Shown in pieces: positions 55,708-62,996 of a stretch of 64,000 bases of DNA. Numbering within the stretch: position 1 is the stretch's first letter; every line of letters begins with the position of its first letter. The position numbers and the translations under genes are program-made. Where the stretch lies: positions 124,001 to 188,000 of the IMG/VR virus record IMGVR_UViG_3300023235_000008. One strand, given 5' to 3'. A model generated the notes under the pieces. The model did not search any database, was not told the origin of the DNA, and saw only the letters and a program-made list of their open reading frames with translations.

Positions 55708-56111
55708 TGGCAATAATACATTTCTTTTTCGTATGGGGTATTCTATATGCCGCATCAAACAACTACTACGACAATCCCGAGAACTACTATATGTATGTAG
55801 CAGTATTGGGTGCGTATGCTATCTCAATGATCGGCATATATATATGGCGTATCATTAAGCCGCAGGATATAACCGAAATCAAAGAAAAGTTGGTTACGAT
55901 TACAATTGAGACAAATAATGATATGTTTATGCCCGAACTCTTTAAATGGATGACTACATTTATTACTGTTCATCACGCTGCGGTTATAATGGCGACGGTG
56001 TATTTGTTGCCCGAACCAAACGTAATCCTTGCCATGTTGTTTATGGCGGCATATACACTTTGTGGTATTATTACCGACAAAACATTAGACCGTCTTTACC
56101 AAAAAGGATAA
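55707..56111 (+). CDS. Multi-pass membrane protein
   Basis: Four hydrophobic segments; TAATG coupling. Confidence 0.65.
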   Translation: MAIIHFFFVWGILYAASNNYYDNPENYYMYVAVLGAYAISMIGIYIWRIIKPQDITEIKEKLVTITIETNNDMFMPELFKWMTTFITVHHAAVIMATVYLLPEPNVILAMLFMAAYTLCGIITDKTLDRLYQKG

Positions 56112-56120
56112 CCAATATAT

Positions 56121-56306
56121 ATGTTAATATCATCAGATTCCGACCAAACCCAAGAAACATCAGAAAAACTCGAAGGTTATATTCTCGGATATATACAGCT
56201 TGGGTTTGGCGAAGATGCAGCTGCGCAGTGGCGAGTCAGTCGCATAACATTCTGTACTAACGACGAGTTTGAAAAATATATGTTTTGGCAACAACTTTCT
56301 GCTTGA
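56121..56306 (+). CDS. Microprotein (or fragment) with C-terminal FW tag
   Basis: Ends FEKYMFWQQLSA. Confidence 0.55.
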   Translation: MLISSDSDQTQETSEKLEGYILGYIQLGFGEDAAAQWRVSRITFCTNDEFEKYMFWQQLSA

Positions 56307-56330
56307 CATTCATCTAACTTAGGGTATAAT
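56303..56330 (+). promoter_or_regulatory. sigma70 promoter, probably leaderless transcript
   Basis: TTGACA-N16-TATAAT; ATG 7 nt later; no SD. Confidence 0.75.
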
Positions 56331-56337
56331 ACTTATT

Positions 56338-57543
56338 ATGAAATATAACTTTCCACATATCAATCACATCAATGATGTCCTTCCACATATCGAAGGTCGT
56401 AAAGAGTTCGTTGTGGCAGAACGAGATGGATTTACGGTTATCAACTATGTCGTAATGACGCCTGACCTGTTCCCACCAGTTGTTACTGAAGCAGATGCAA
56501 TACTGCGTGAATGTCGTGGCATCACTTTCTGCAATGAAACGGGCAAAGTCGTAGCTCGAAAGTTTCACAAGTTCTTTAACGTTGGCGAACGCATGGAAAC
56601 CGAGTTCCGTAAACTGGATTTAAGTCAGCCACACGTTATTCTTGAAAAGCTTGATGGCTCAATGATTACGCCGTATCTGCGTGATGGTAAAGTTGAATGG
56701 CATACCAAAATGGGCAAGACTGATGTTGCCGATATGGTTATTCCTTTCGTTGAAGCAAATCCACAGTATGCTGAACTGGCAGATTTCATATTGCGTAATA
56801 ATAACGCTACGCCAATATTTGAGTTCTGTTCACGCAAGAATCGTGTTGTGATTGACCATCCAGAAGACCGTATGGTATTACTGGCGGTGCGTGATAACGT
56901 AACTGGAAAGTATTGGGAATACGAGCTTGGTCTTGAAATCCCAGCTGTAGAATTTAATGTCGAGTTGGTCGGACAGCATAAAGCAACGTTTGACAAGGAT
57001 TTCCTTGAATATGTTCGTGGCTTGGTCGGAACTGAAGGGTTCGTTGTGCGCTTTGATGATGGGCATATGTTGAAAATCAAAGCAGAGGATTACTTACAGT
57101 TACATCGTGCCAAAGAAGGTATCTCTCATGAGAAGAATGTTTGGTCAATGGTCCTCAATGAGTCAGTAGATGATTTGAAGTCATTCTTAGATGATGATGA
57201 CCGTATGCGTGTTGAAGATTTTGAAGTGAAGTTATGGCGTGAAGTTGATTACGCTGTTCAGCACTTGGAAATGTTCTTCGGATTTGCAATGGATGATTTG
57301 AACAAGCGTGACCTATCAATGTTTGAAGATGCTGACCGTGAACGTAAGAAGATGTTTGCCATGGAATACGCTAATAACTACCGTAAAGAGTTCAAAGGTG
57401 TCTTGTTCAGCATGTTTGATGGTGGCGATGTGCGTGACTTGGTTATACAGTTCATTAAGAGCAACGTATCAACTGGAACTAAGTTGGATGGAATACGTCC
57501 GTTGTTTAACAACATTCAGTTTGATGAAAGGGAGTATGAATAA
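56338..57543 (+). CDS. RNA ligase, T4 Rnl1 family
   Basis: ECRG, KFFNVGE, motif I EKLDGS, FEF, EGFVV, LKIK. Confidence 0.9.
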   Translation: MKYNFPHINHINDVLPHIEGRKEFVVAERDGFTVINYVVMTPDLFPPVVTEADAILRECRGITFCNETGKVVARKFHKFFNVGERMETEFRKLDLSQPHVILEKLDGSMITPYLRDGKVEWHTKMGKTDVADMVIPFVEANPQYAELADFILRNNNATPIFEFCSRKNRVVIDHPEDRMVLLAVRDNVTGKYWEYELGLEIPAVEFNVELVGQHKATFDKDFLEYVRGLVGTEGFVVRFDDGHMLKIKAEDYLQLHRAKEGISHEKNVWSMVLNESVDDLKSFLDDDDRMRVEDFEVKLWREVDYAVQHLEMFFGFAMDDLNKRDLSMFEDADRERKKMFAMEYANNYRKEFKGVLFSMFDGGDVRDLVIQFIKSNVSTGTKLDGIRPLFNNIQFDEREYE

Positions 57544-57749
57544 TGGCAATACTAATATGTAATGATTGTCGCTTTCATTTTGAAGATAAATGGTCCACAA
57601 ATCATAAGTGTTGTATTGAACCACAAACGACAGACAGGTTTCCTAGTATGACAGCGTGTCATAGGTTTGAACCAGAGTTTTGTTCAGACCCAGAACTGAA
57701 AAAACAATACGACAAGTTTATGTTTGGCATACACTTGCAAAAGGAGTAG
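57543..57749 (+). CDS. Cys-rich microprotein with C-terminal DKFMFGIHL
   Basis: CNDC…CC…C. Confidence 0.6.
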   Translation: MAILICNDCRFHFEDKWSTNHKCCIEPQTTDRFPSMTACHRFEPEFCSDPELKKQYDKFMFGIHLQKE

Positions 57750-57755
57750 AGACAG

Positions 57756-58055
57756 ATGTTTAAAATAATAGAAAAAGCCGAATCATATGGAAAACGGCTA
57801 GATGAGAAGATAGAAGCAAATAAGTTAACTAGCGAAAGTCAATCCCATTTCTGTCTTTACTATATCCTAAACCAGATTTCCTTTGAAATGTGTTTTAGCG
57901 TAGGAACGATGCTAGGATTCATATTCGCAGCGATTGTGCTAATCGGTTTGATTAGCTTCTTCCCATGGTTGCTTATCGTTATTGCGGTAGCACTAGGTTG
58001 GGCGATTAAACAACACTGTAATAAAAACTGGAAGAAACACAATGCCAAACAATGA
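57756..58055 (+). CDS. Membrane protein
   Basis: AAGGAG SD; hydrophobic C-terminal half. Confidence 0.65.
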   Translation: MFKIIEKAESYGKRLDEKIEANKLTSESQSHFCLYYILNQISFEMCFSVGTMLGFIFAAIVLIGLISFFPWLLIVIAVALGWAIKQHCNKNWKKHNAKQ

Positions 58056-58230
58056 AGATCGAGTTCCTACTACTGCACCCTATGGCGGGATAACTGACGG
58101 AAGTGTCTACTGTACTCGATGTGGCGAAGAGAGAACAGGGTGCAGTATGTGTGCTGGTGAACTCAGGAGTTTGAAAGCAGGGCGATCAACCGCCTACAGA
58201 TTTTGTATAGGAGATGAAAATGCTAAATAA
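58042..58230 (+). CDS. Zinc-finger-like microprotein
   Basis: CTRC…CSMC. Confidence 0.5.
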   Translation: MPNNEDRVPTTAPYGGITDGSVYCTRCGEERTGCSMCAGELRSLKAGRSTAYRFCIGDENAK

Positions 58231-58654
58231 ATTGAAAGATGATGCGTTACAAGCGAGGAAAGATCGTGATCTTTTTGCTAGTTCACTCAACACGCTTTTG
58301 TCTGAAGTAAAGATGAGAGCAAAGAACGATGGCAACCGTGAGCCTAACGACGAAGATGTGTATAAGATAGCACAGACTACAATGGCTTCGTTGCTCGGTA
58401 ATCGTGACCTATTGGACACTGCAGGACGTGACACGACTGAAGTAGAACAAGAGATGAAAGTGATTTCTGCTTACGTTCCTACTGTTATGCCGAAGGAAGA
58501 AGTCGAAGGTAAAGTTCAACTTGCTATGCATGAAATCAAACCAGAAGGCATGCAAGATATGGGCAAAGTGATGTCATGGCTTAAAGAAAAGTATGGAGCT
58601 CGTATTGATATGAAACTGGCCTCTCAGCTTTTCCGGGAGCGATTGAATGGATAA
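58214..58654 (+). CDS. GatB/YqeY domain protein
   Basis: LLSEVK, AYVP, QDMGKVMSWLK…DMKLASQ. Confidence 0.85.
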   Translation: MKMLNKLKDDALQARKDRDLFASSLNTLLSEVKMRAKNDGNREPNDEDVYKIAQTTMASLLGNRDLLDTAGRDTTEVEQEMKVISAYVPTVMPKEEVEGKVQLAMHEIKPEGMQDMGKVMSWLKEKYGARIDMKLASQLFRERLNG

Positions 58655-58916
58655 CATTGCCCAATCAGAGGATGAACTGATCGAAGACTTTGCTGGAATC
58701 ATCGGCAAAATCATTGTCGCCCGAAAAGCATGTGATGATTATCTGGAATCTGGAACAGCATCAACCTTCCGCGGTGATGTTGTGGTTGAAACCGACGCAA
58801 AGATTGCGGCACTATCACGTGAAGCCGATGTCATTATTGCAATGATTGATGATATTGCAGAAAACAAAGGCTTTGTGAACCGTATGAAAAAAATGTATAA
58901 GGAGTTAATGGAATGA
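58647..58916 (+). CDS. Hypothetical protein
   Basis: Coupled ORF. Confidence 0.6.
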   Translation: MDNIAQSEDELIEDFAGIIGKIIVARKACDDYLESGTASTFRGDVVVETDAKIAALSREADVIIAMIDDIAENKGFVNRMKKMYKELME

Positions 58917-59167
58917 CGAATGAAACGTGGAAAGAAGCTATTACCGACACATTAGGCGATCTTGGCGATACAATCGTGTTGGCTACATTGGTTGAAGCTT
59001 ACGTTGCAAATGAGCGTGACATTTACAATCTCGAAAGCAACGAAGAACTCGAAGATTATCAAACAGAGGATTTAGAATATAATAAGAAGCTTCGTGAATC
59101 TGTAAAGTTTGTAATCAAATATTATTCAACAGATTCTGAACGTGTAAGATTGGGATTGGATTTTTAA
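58913..59167 (+). CDS. Hypothetical protein
   Basis: AAGGAG SD, ATGA overlap. Confidence 0.65.
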   Translation: MTNETWKEAITDTLGDLGDTIVLATLVEAYVANERDIYNLESNEELEDYQTEDLEYNKKLRESVKFVIKYYSTDSERVRLGLDF

Positions 59168-59626
59168 ATGCCTATGTTATATATGCTAATCGGTGTTCCA
59201 GCAAGCGGCAAGTCAACTTGGCTTGAACAAAATGCTGATAGTGGTGTAGTTTTAAGCACGGACGCACATATTGACAATGTTGCCGCACAACAGGGCAAGT
59301 CATATAACGATGTGTTTGGCGATGCGATTAAAAAAGCCACTGTGAAAATGAATAACGATTTAAAGCAAGCGGTTAATCGTGGCGAAGATATCCATTGGGA
59401 TCAAACCAATCTTACGGTTAAATCTCGTCGTGGCAAGCTACAGAAGGTGCCTGATACGTATGAAAAGATTGCGGTAGTATTTCCAACACCCGATGCCGAC
59501 GAACATCAGCGGCGACTGGATTCACGCCCCGGCAAAACTATTCCACCACATATTTTGAAGAATATGATGGCAACTTTCCAAATGCCTACCACCGATGAAG
59601 GATTTGATAGGATAGTAGTAATATGA
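59168..59626 (+). CDS. Polynucleotide-kinase-like P-loop kinase
   Basis: GVPASGKST, LSTD, DQTN, R…R lid, EGFD. Confidence 0.85.
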   Translation: MPMLYMLIGVPASGKSTWLEQNADSGVVLSTDAHIDNVAAQQGKSYNDVFGDAIKKATVKMNNDLKQAVNRGEDIHWDQTNLTVKSRRGKLQKVPDTYEKIAVVFPTPDADEHQRRLDSRPGKTIPPHILKNMMATFQMPTTDEGFDRIVVI

Positions 59627-59943
59627 AAACACCAGACAACTGGGTTGTAATCTTCTTTAATAGTGATGATCCTCATTATCGTGTCTTGGCTGGTTGGTCC
59701 GGTGGATATACCACAGGCGATGGCTGGCAGATGAACAGTGGCATCACTCGCATCGAACAAGACGAAGATTATTATAACGTGCATGGTTCATCGGGCAGCG
59801 TTTATCGTTGTCACAAAGATTCATATTGCCTACGGATGAACAATGGGCATATATGGAACCAGTTGAAAGAACTCCATGGCGATAAAGTCCAAATGATGGA
59901 CGAAGACACAAACTGGTTAGAAATGGATTGGATAATTGAGTAG
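59623..59943 (+). CDS. Phage hypothetical protein (WSGGY…NSGIT)
   Basis: ATGA overlap. Confidence 0.75.
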   Translation: MKTPDNWVVIFFNSDDPHYRVLAGWSGGYTTGDGWQMNSGITRIEQDEDYYNVHGSSGSVYRCHKDSYCLRMNNGHIWNQLKELHGDKVQMMDEDTNWLEMDWIIE

Positions 59944-60310
59944 CAATATAGTTCAACTTGGGGCGGCGGCACGTTTAAAAACACCGATGTCTCAATCGGA
60001 ATATGAAGATTTTTCCGAAGAAGCCGATGATATGGGTTTCAATATCGGTGCGGGTTATATTAATGAAACCATTGATATGATTTTTATCAGGGAAGAAAGT
60101 TTTGATATTTTCGAACAGTTTCACGAACACGATATCACTGGTGTATTCGCATCAGCACGTGAAAGTCTAATCGAGATGGTTGAACATTTTAAACTTGATG
60201 CCGACCTTGACGATATCCGAGACTTTATGGATATGTATTATAATGGGGCAGACGATACCATGTCGTATGCCAGTTGGGAAAACTTCGGAACAGGAAAGGG
60301 CGCATTATGA
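59936..60310 (+). CDS. Hypothetical acidic protein
   Basis: Coupled ORF. Confidence 0.65.
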   Translation: MSSNIVQLGAAARLKTPMSQSEYEDFSEEADDMGFNIGAGYINETIDMIFIREESFDIFEQFHEHDITGVFASARESLIEMVEHFKLDADLDDIRDFMDMYYNGADDTMSYASWENFGTGKGAL

Positions 60311-60618
60311 ATGATAAAGATTATGTTGTGGTTACGTGTGTTTCGTCTTATCGTATGCGGTATGTTATGCATAAAGATGACCTACAAAAACTCAACACAG
60401 AAAAACCAGTTAATCCGATTGAGTGGGCTAACGACATCGTAACATTGGACCAATGCGAAGAGTTTTCACAAGAGCATATGGGTGAATATATCCTAGACAC
60501 GGTTGAAATGGCAGAAGATGATGTCATTGAACTATTCGATAAAGATAATGATTATCTTAGTTCATGGACGAAAGAGCAAAAGATTGAATCTATTAGAAAA
60601 TCATTAGATGATGAATGA
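60307..60618 (+). CDS. Phage hypothetical protein (EFSQEHMGE)
   Basis: ATGA overlap. Confidence 0.7.
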   Translation: MNDKDYVVVTCVSSYRMRYVMHKDDLQKLNTEKPVNPIEWANDIVTLDQCEEFSQEHMGEYILDTVEMAEDDVIELFDKDNDYLSSWTKEQKIESIRKSLDDE

Positions 60619-60754
60619 ACGTCTACAAAAGAGTATAATAAGGCTTATCAAATTTGCATCAACGTAGATACAAATGGACCAACGGATGTATACCTAAACG
60701 ATGCCGAGGTAAATGCAGTATTAAAAACTTTTTTATAAAAAATGCAAAAAAGGC

Positions 60755-60792
60755 TTGACTTATTAATATATATGTGATAGAATGTATAAATA
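60755..60792 (+). promoter_or_regulatory. Tandem sigma70 and late promoters
   Basis: TTGACT-N17-TAGAAT (extended TG), then TATAAATA at 60785-60792. Confidence 0.8.
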
Positions 60793-60839
60793 GAATAACA
60801 GCACAGAATACTTCAGTGCACAATATAGAAAGAGATACA

Positions 60840-61034
60840 ATGACTTCAACACTTTTAACACAACCAATAACACTCAGCTTATCAGATTATCGACCGATTA
60901 TCCGTGCGTGTATTGCCGTGCTTAAAGGTTGGGGTAGTATTCAATCAGAACATACAGCGCTACCCGTATATACACGATTTAATATGGATAAAAGCGCAAC
61001 GAGGGTTCAAGGAGATGGTGGAAGTTCATTCTAA
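60840..61034 (+). CDS. Putative leader peptide (64 aa) of the tRNA array
   Basis: Lies between promoters and a terminator; GAAAGAGA before the ATG; contains a complement of the terminator 5' arm. Confidence 0.55.
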   Translation: MTSTLLTQPITLSLSDYRPIIRACIAVLKGWGSIQSEHTALPVYTRFNMDKSATRVQGDGGSSF

Positions 61035-61063
61035 CACAAAATCTTAAAAACGAAAGTTTTACG

Positions 61064-61096
61064 AACCCTCTAAACCGCAAGTTTAGGGGGTTTTTT
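61064..61096 (+). terminator. Rho-independent terminator (candidate attenuator)
   Basis: AACCCTCTAAAC-CGCAA-GTTTAGGGGGTT followed by a T tract. Confidence 0.85.
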
Positions 61097-61115
61097 AATG
61101 AGCGTAAAAAAGATG

Positions 61116-61144
61116 TTGACAAAAAGATATAGGTAGAGTAATCT
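61116..61144 (+). promoter_or_regulatory. Possible sigma70 promoter
   Basis: TTGACA-N17-TAATCT. Confidence 0.5.
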
Positions 61145-61209
61145 ACTGAAGATAAGCAGTCAAGACCGGCGAACAACAAAGGTTGTTCAGATATATGGTA
61201 AGGCTGGCA

Positions 61210-61282
61210 CAGTAAAGAATAGCCCGTAAGGATACTAACTTTACTGCAGTAAAGAATAGCCCGTAAGGATACTAACTTTACT
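61210..61282. repeat. 36-bp exact tandem duplication of a hairpin
   Basis: cagtaaagaatagcccgtaaggatactaactttact at 61210-61245 and 61247-61282. Confidence 0.95.
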
Positions 61283-61341
61283 AAGCAGAGGTTCGAAGCG
61301 TTTACGTGGATTGCCAATCTAAAATGTTATGTGTGTTTTGT

Positions 61342-61416
61342 CAGGGTGTAGCTCAGTCTGGCCAGAGTGTCGGTCTTGGAGTCCGAAAGTCGCAGGTTCG
61401 AGTCCTGCCACCCTGA
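61342..61416 (+). tRNA. tRNA-Pro(TGG)
   Basis: Cloverleaf CAGGGTG/CACCCTG, TTCGAGT T-loop; no encoded CCA. Confidence 0.9.
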
Positions 61417-61435
61417 CAGAATACATATAGAGAGA

Positions 61436-61658
61436 ATATGGGCGGGTACGCAACACCGTAAGTCCCAGAGATTACGTGAGTTAACGGTCCACGCTGACAA
61501 TCGGGTTCACAGCATGAAATAGGGCAATCGGAATCAACCGTTATCGTCTTTATCTGTTATATTATAATAAATGTGAAGACCAATGGAAATCGGTATCACA
61601 GATAATATTGCAATAAACTTAATAGTTTCCCAATCGAAGGTGACGATAATATCCATAT
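61436..61658 (+). ncRNA. Unknown structured RNA, copy 1
   Basis: Closing stem ATATGGG/TCCATAT; 18-nt motif shared with copy 2. Confidence 0.45.
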
Positions 61659-61667
61659 AGATATTTA

Positions 61668-61833
61668 TACTAGGGGCAGCTTAAAGCGTAAGTCCCAGAG
61701 ATTAGTTACCCCGGTGGTCCTACGGTACGTTGTTTAACCGCTTCGTTATCATGGTCTAGCGTGGTCGCTAGGGTGAAACAGGCTGGGTAGTAAAATAGTG
61801 TGGTAACTATTTGAACCCCGTCCCTAGTAGCCA
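61668..61833 (+). ncRNA. Unknown structured RNA, copy 2, with GCCA 3' end
   Basis: Closing stem TACTAGGGG/TCCCTAGTA followed by GCCA. Confidence 0.55.
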
Positions 61834-61841
61834 AAAGTTTA

Positions 61842-61974
61842 GGATTGGTAGCTGAGAGGCACAGCGGCACCTTAATGGGTGTGTCGAAACATAAGCACGT
61901 AACAAACTCGCCGAGGACGCTCGAACGATAAGGTTACGCCTGTTACGTTGGTTCAAATCCAACCCAATCCACCA
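61842..61974 (+). ncRNA. tRNA-like RNA with ~64-nt variable region (Leu-TAA-like loop)
   Basis: GGATTGG/CCAATCC-ACCA, D arm, GTTGG-TTCAAAT-CCAAC T arm. Confidence 0.7.
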
Positions 61975-62058
61975 TTTCGCCAAGCGTATCTCGATACTGT
62001 CCGAATGCAGTACATAAGCAACGAATGTCGTTGATATTGGGACCGCTACTTTTTTTAA

Positions 62059-62134
62059 TCCCTACGGGCGAGCAAGCGAACGCACTGGTCTGTTAAACCA
62101 GCATTGCCTCGGGCGGTACGAGGGTAGGGAGCCA
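62059..62134 (+). tRNA. tRNA-Asn(GTT), atypical T-loop
   Basis: TCCCTAC/GTAGGGA-GCCA; CTGGT-CTGTTAA-ACCAG; T-loop GGCGGTA. Confidence 0.8.
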
Positions 62135-62344
62135 ATATATATTATCGTGGATGTCAGAAGCGTTTAAGCTTCGGGTATATTACAACTTTCGTCCCATGGG
62201 ATGGGTGCCGAAGTGATATATCTGCTGGTGTAAGCCCAGTGCCCACGCCTATTTAGTGACCGTTACAGACAGGTTTTGGCAACCTCTCATAAGCAATACT
62301 AGTAAAAGCTTTGGATGGGGAAACACCAAACGGCACTAATCCAG

Positions 62345-62476
62345 TTTGCGATAGCTTAATAACTCTTGGATAAGCGCACTAAGAGTAAAGCGTCTGGTAT
62401 TTCGCCAGAAGATGGTAAACGAAAGGAATAATGCATTATTCCAAGTAGTTGCGGCACTGACCACCTCGCAAAGCCA
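62345..62476 (+). ncRNA. tRNA-like RNA with hairpin insertions in the D- and T-loops
   Basis: TTTGCGA/TCGCAAA-GCCA; TCTGG-TATTTCG-CCAGA arm. Confidence 0.6.
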
Positions 62477-62641
62477 AACTTAGGGTAGAAGCAGCATTAT
62501 GCTCCCCTCCTTTATTAGCGTGAAAAACGGAGGTATTGCAGTTCGATTCTGCTGATCTTGTTCGTAAGAAAAATAGTGGTCTGTTGTGGGTAGCACCCAG
62601 CCTATGGTTTCGAATCCTTCACGCTATAGTAAATACCCACA

Positions 62642-62729
62642 CCAGAAGTTGGGCAGGTGGTGAGCCTCGGGGATTGTAAATCCCTCGCGTATGTATGCTT
62701 TAGAAGTTCGATTCTTCTCTTCTGGACCA
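62642..62729 (+). tRNA. tRNA-Tyr(GTA)
   Basis: CCAGAAG/CTTCTGG-ACCA; long variable arm. Confidence 0.9.
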
Positions 62730-62757
62730 ATTTTATTTAACAGACTAATTCAAATAA

Positions 62758-62835
62758 CTTCCCATCGTCTAGTCTGGTTTAGGACGCTGCCCTTTCAAGG
62801 CGGAAACACGAGTTCAAATCTCGTTGGGAAGACCA
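62758..62835 (+). tRNA. tRNA-Glu(TTC)
   Basis: CTTCCCA/TGGGAAG-ACCA; CTGCC-CTTTCAA-GGCGG. Confidence 0.9.
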
Positions 62836-62840
62836 ATTAA

Positions 62841-62920
62841 GGGGGCAGTGGTCTAAGTCAGGTTCAAGACGCCGGTATTCCATCATCGGAAACAGTGGTT
62901 CAAATCCACTCACCCCGCCA
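62841..62920 (+). tRNA. Degenerate or atypical tRNA (8-nt anticodon loop ATTCCATC, imperfect acceptor stem)
   Basis: D arm, AGTGG-TTCAAAT-CCACT T arm, GCCA end. Confidence 0.55.
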
Positions 62921-62996
62921 TATTTTGCGGAGCGTTTCCGTGTACCCGCTCCATTTTATATAGAGTTTCTTTGATTGTTTGTGATATAATCAAAGT

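Noticed and set aside
60774-60839. Upstream GTG extension of the leader ORF given by the track
   Set aside because: It begins inside the promoter elements; ATG 60840 with a purine-rich SD is more plausible.
61210-61282. 36-bp repeats as a CRISPR array
   Set aside because: Only two copies separated by 1 nt; no spacers and no cas genes.
61457-61782. Hammerhead ribozyme reading of the shared ncRNA motif
   Set aside because: GAAA is present but the CTGANGA core is not (CCAGAGA instead), and I could not build the three stems.
61842-61974. tmRNA
   Set aside because: Too short, has a full D arm, lacks the G3:U70 alanine identity pair and shows no tag reading frame.
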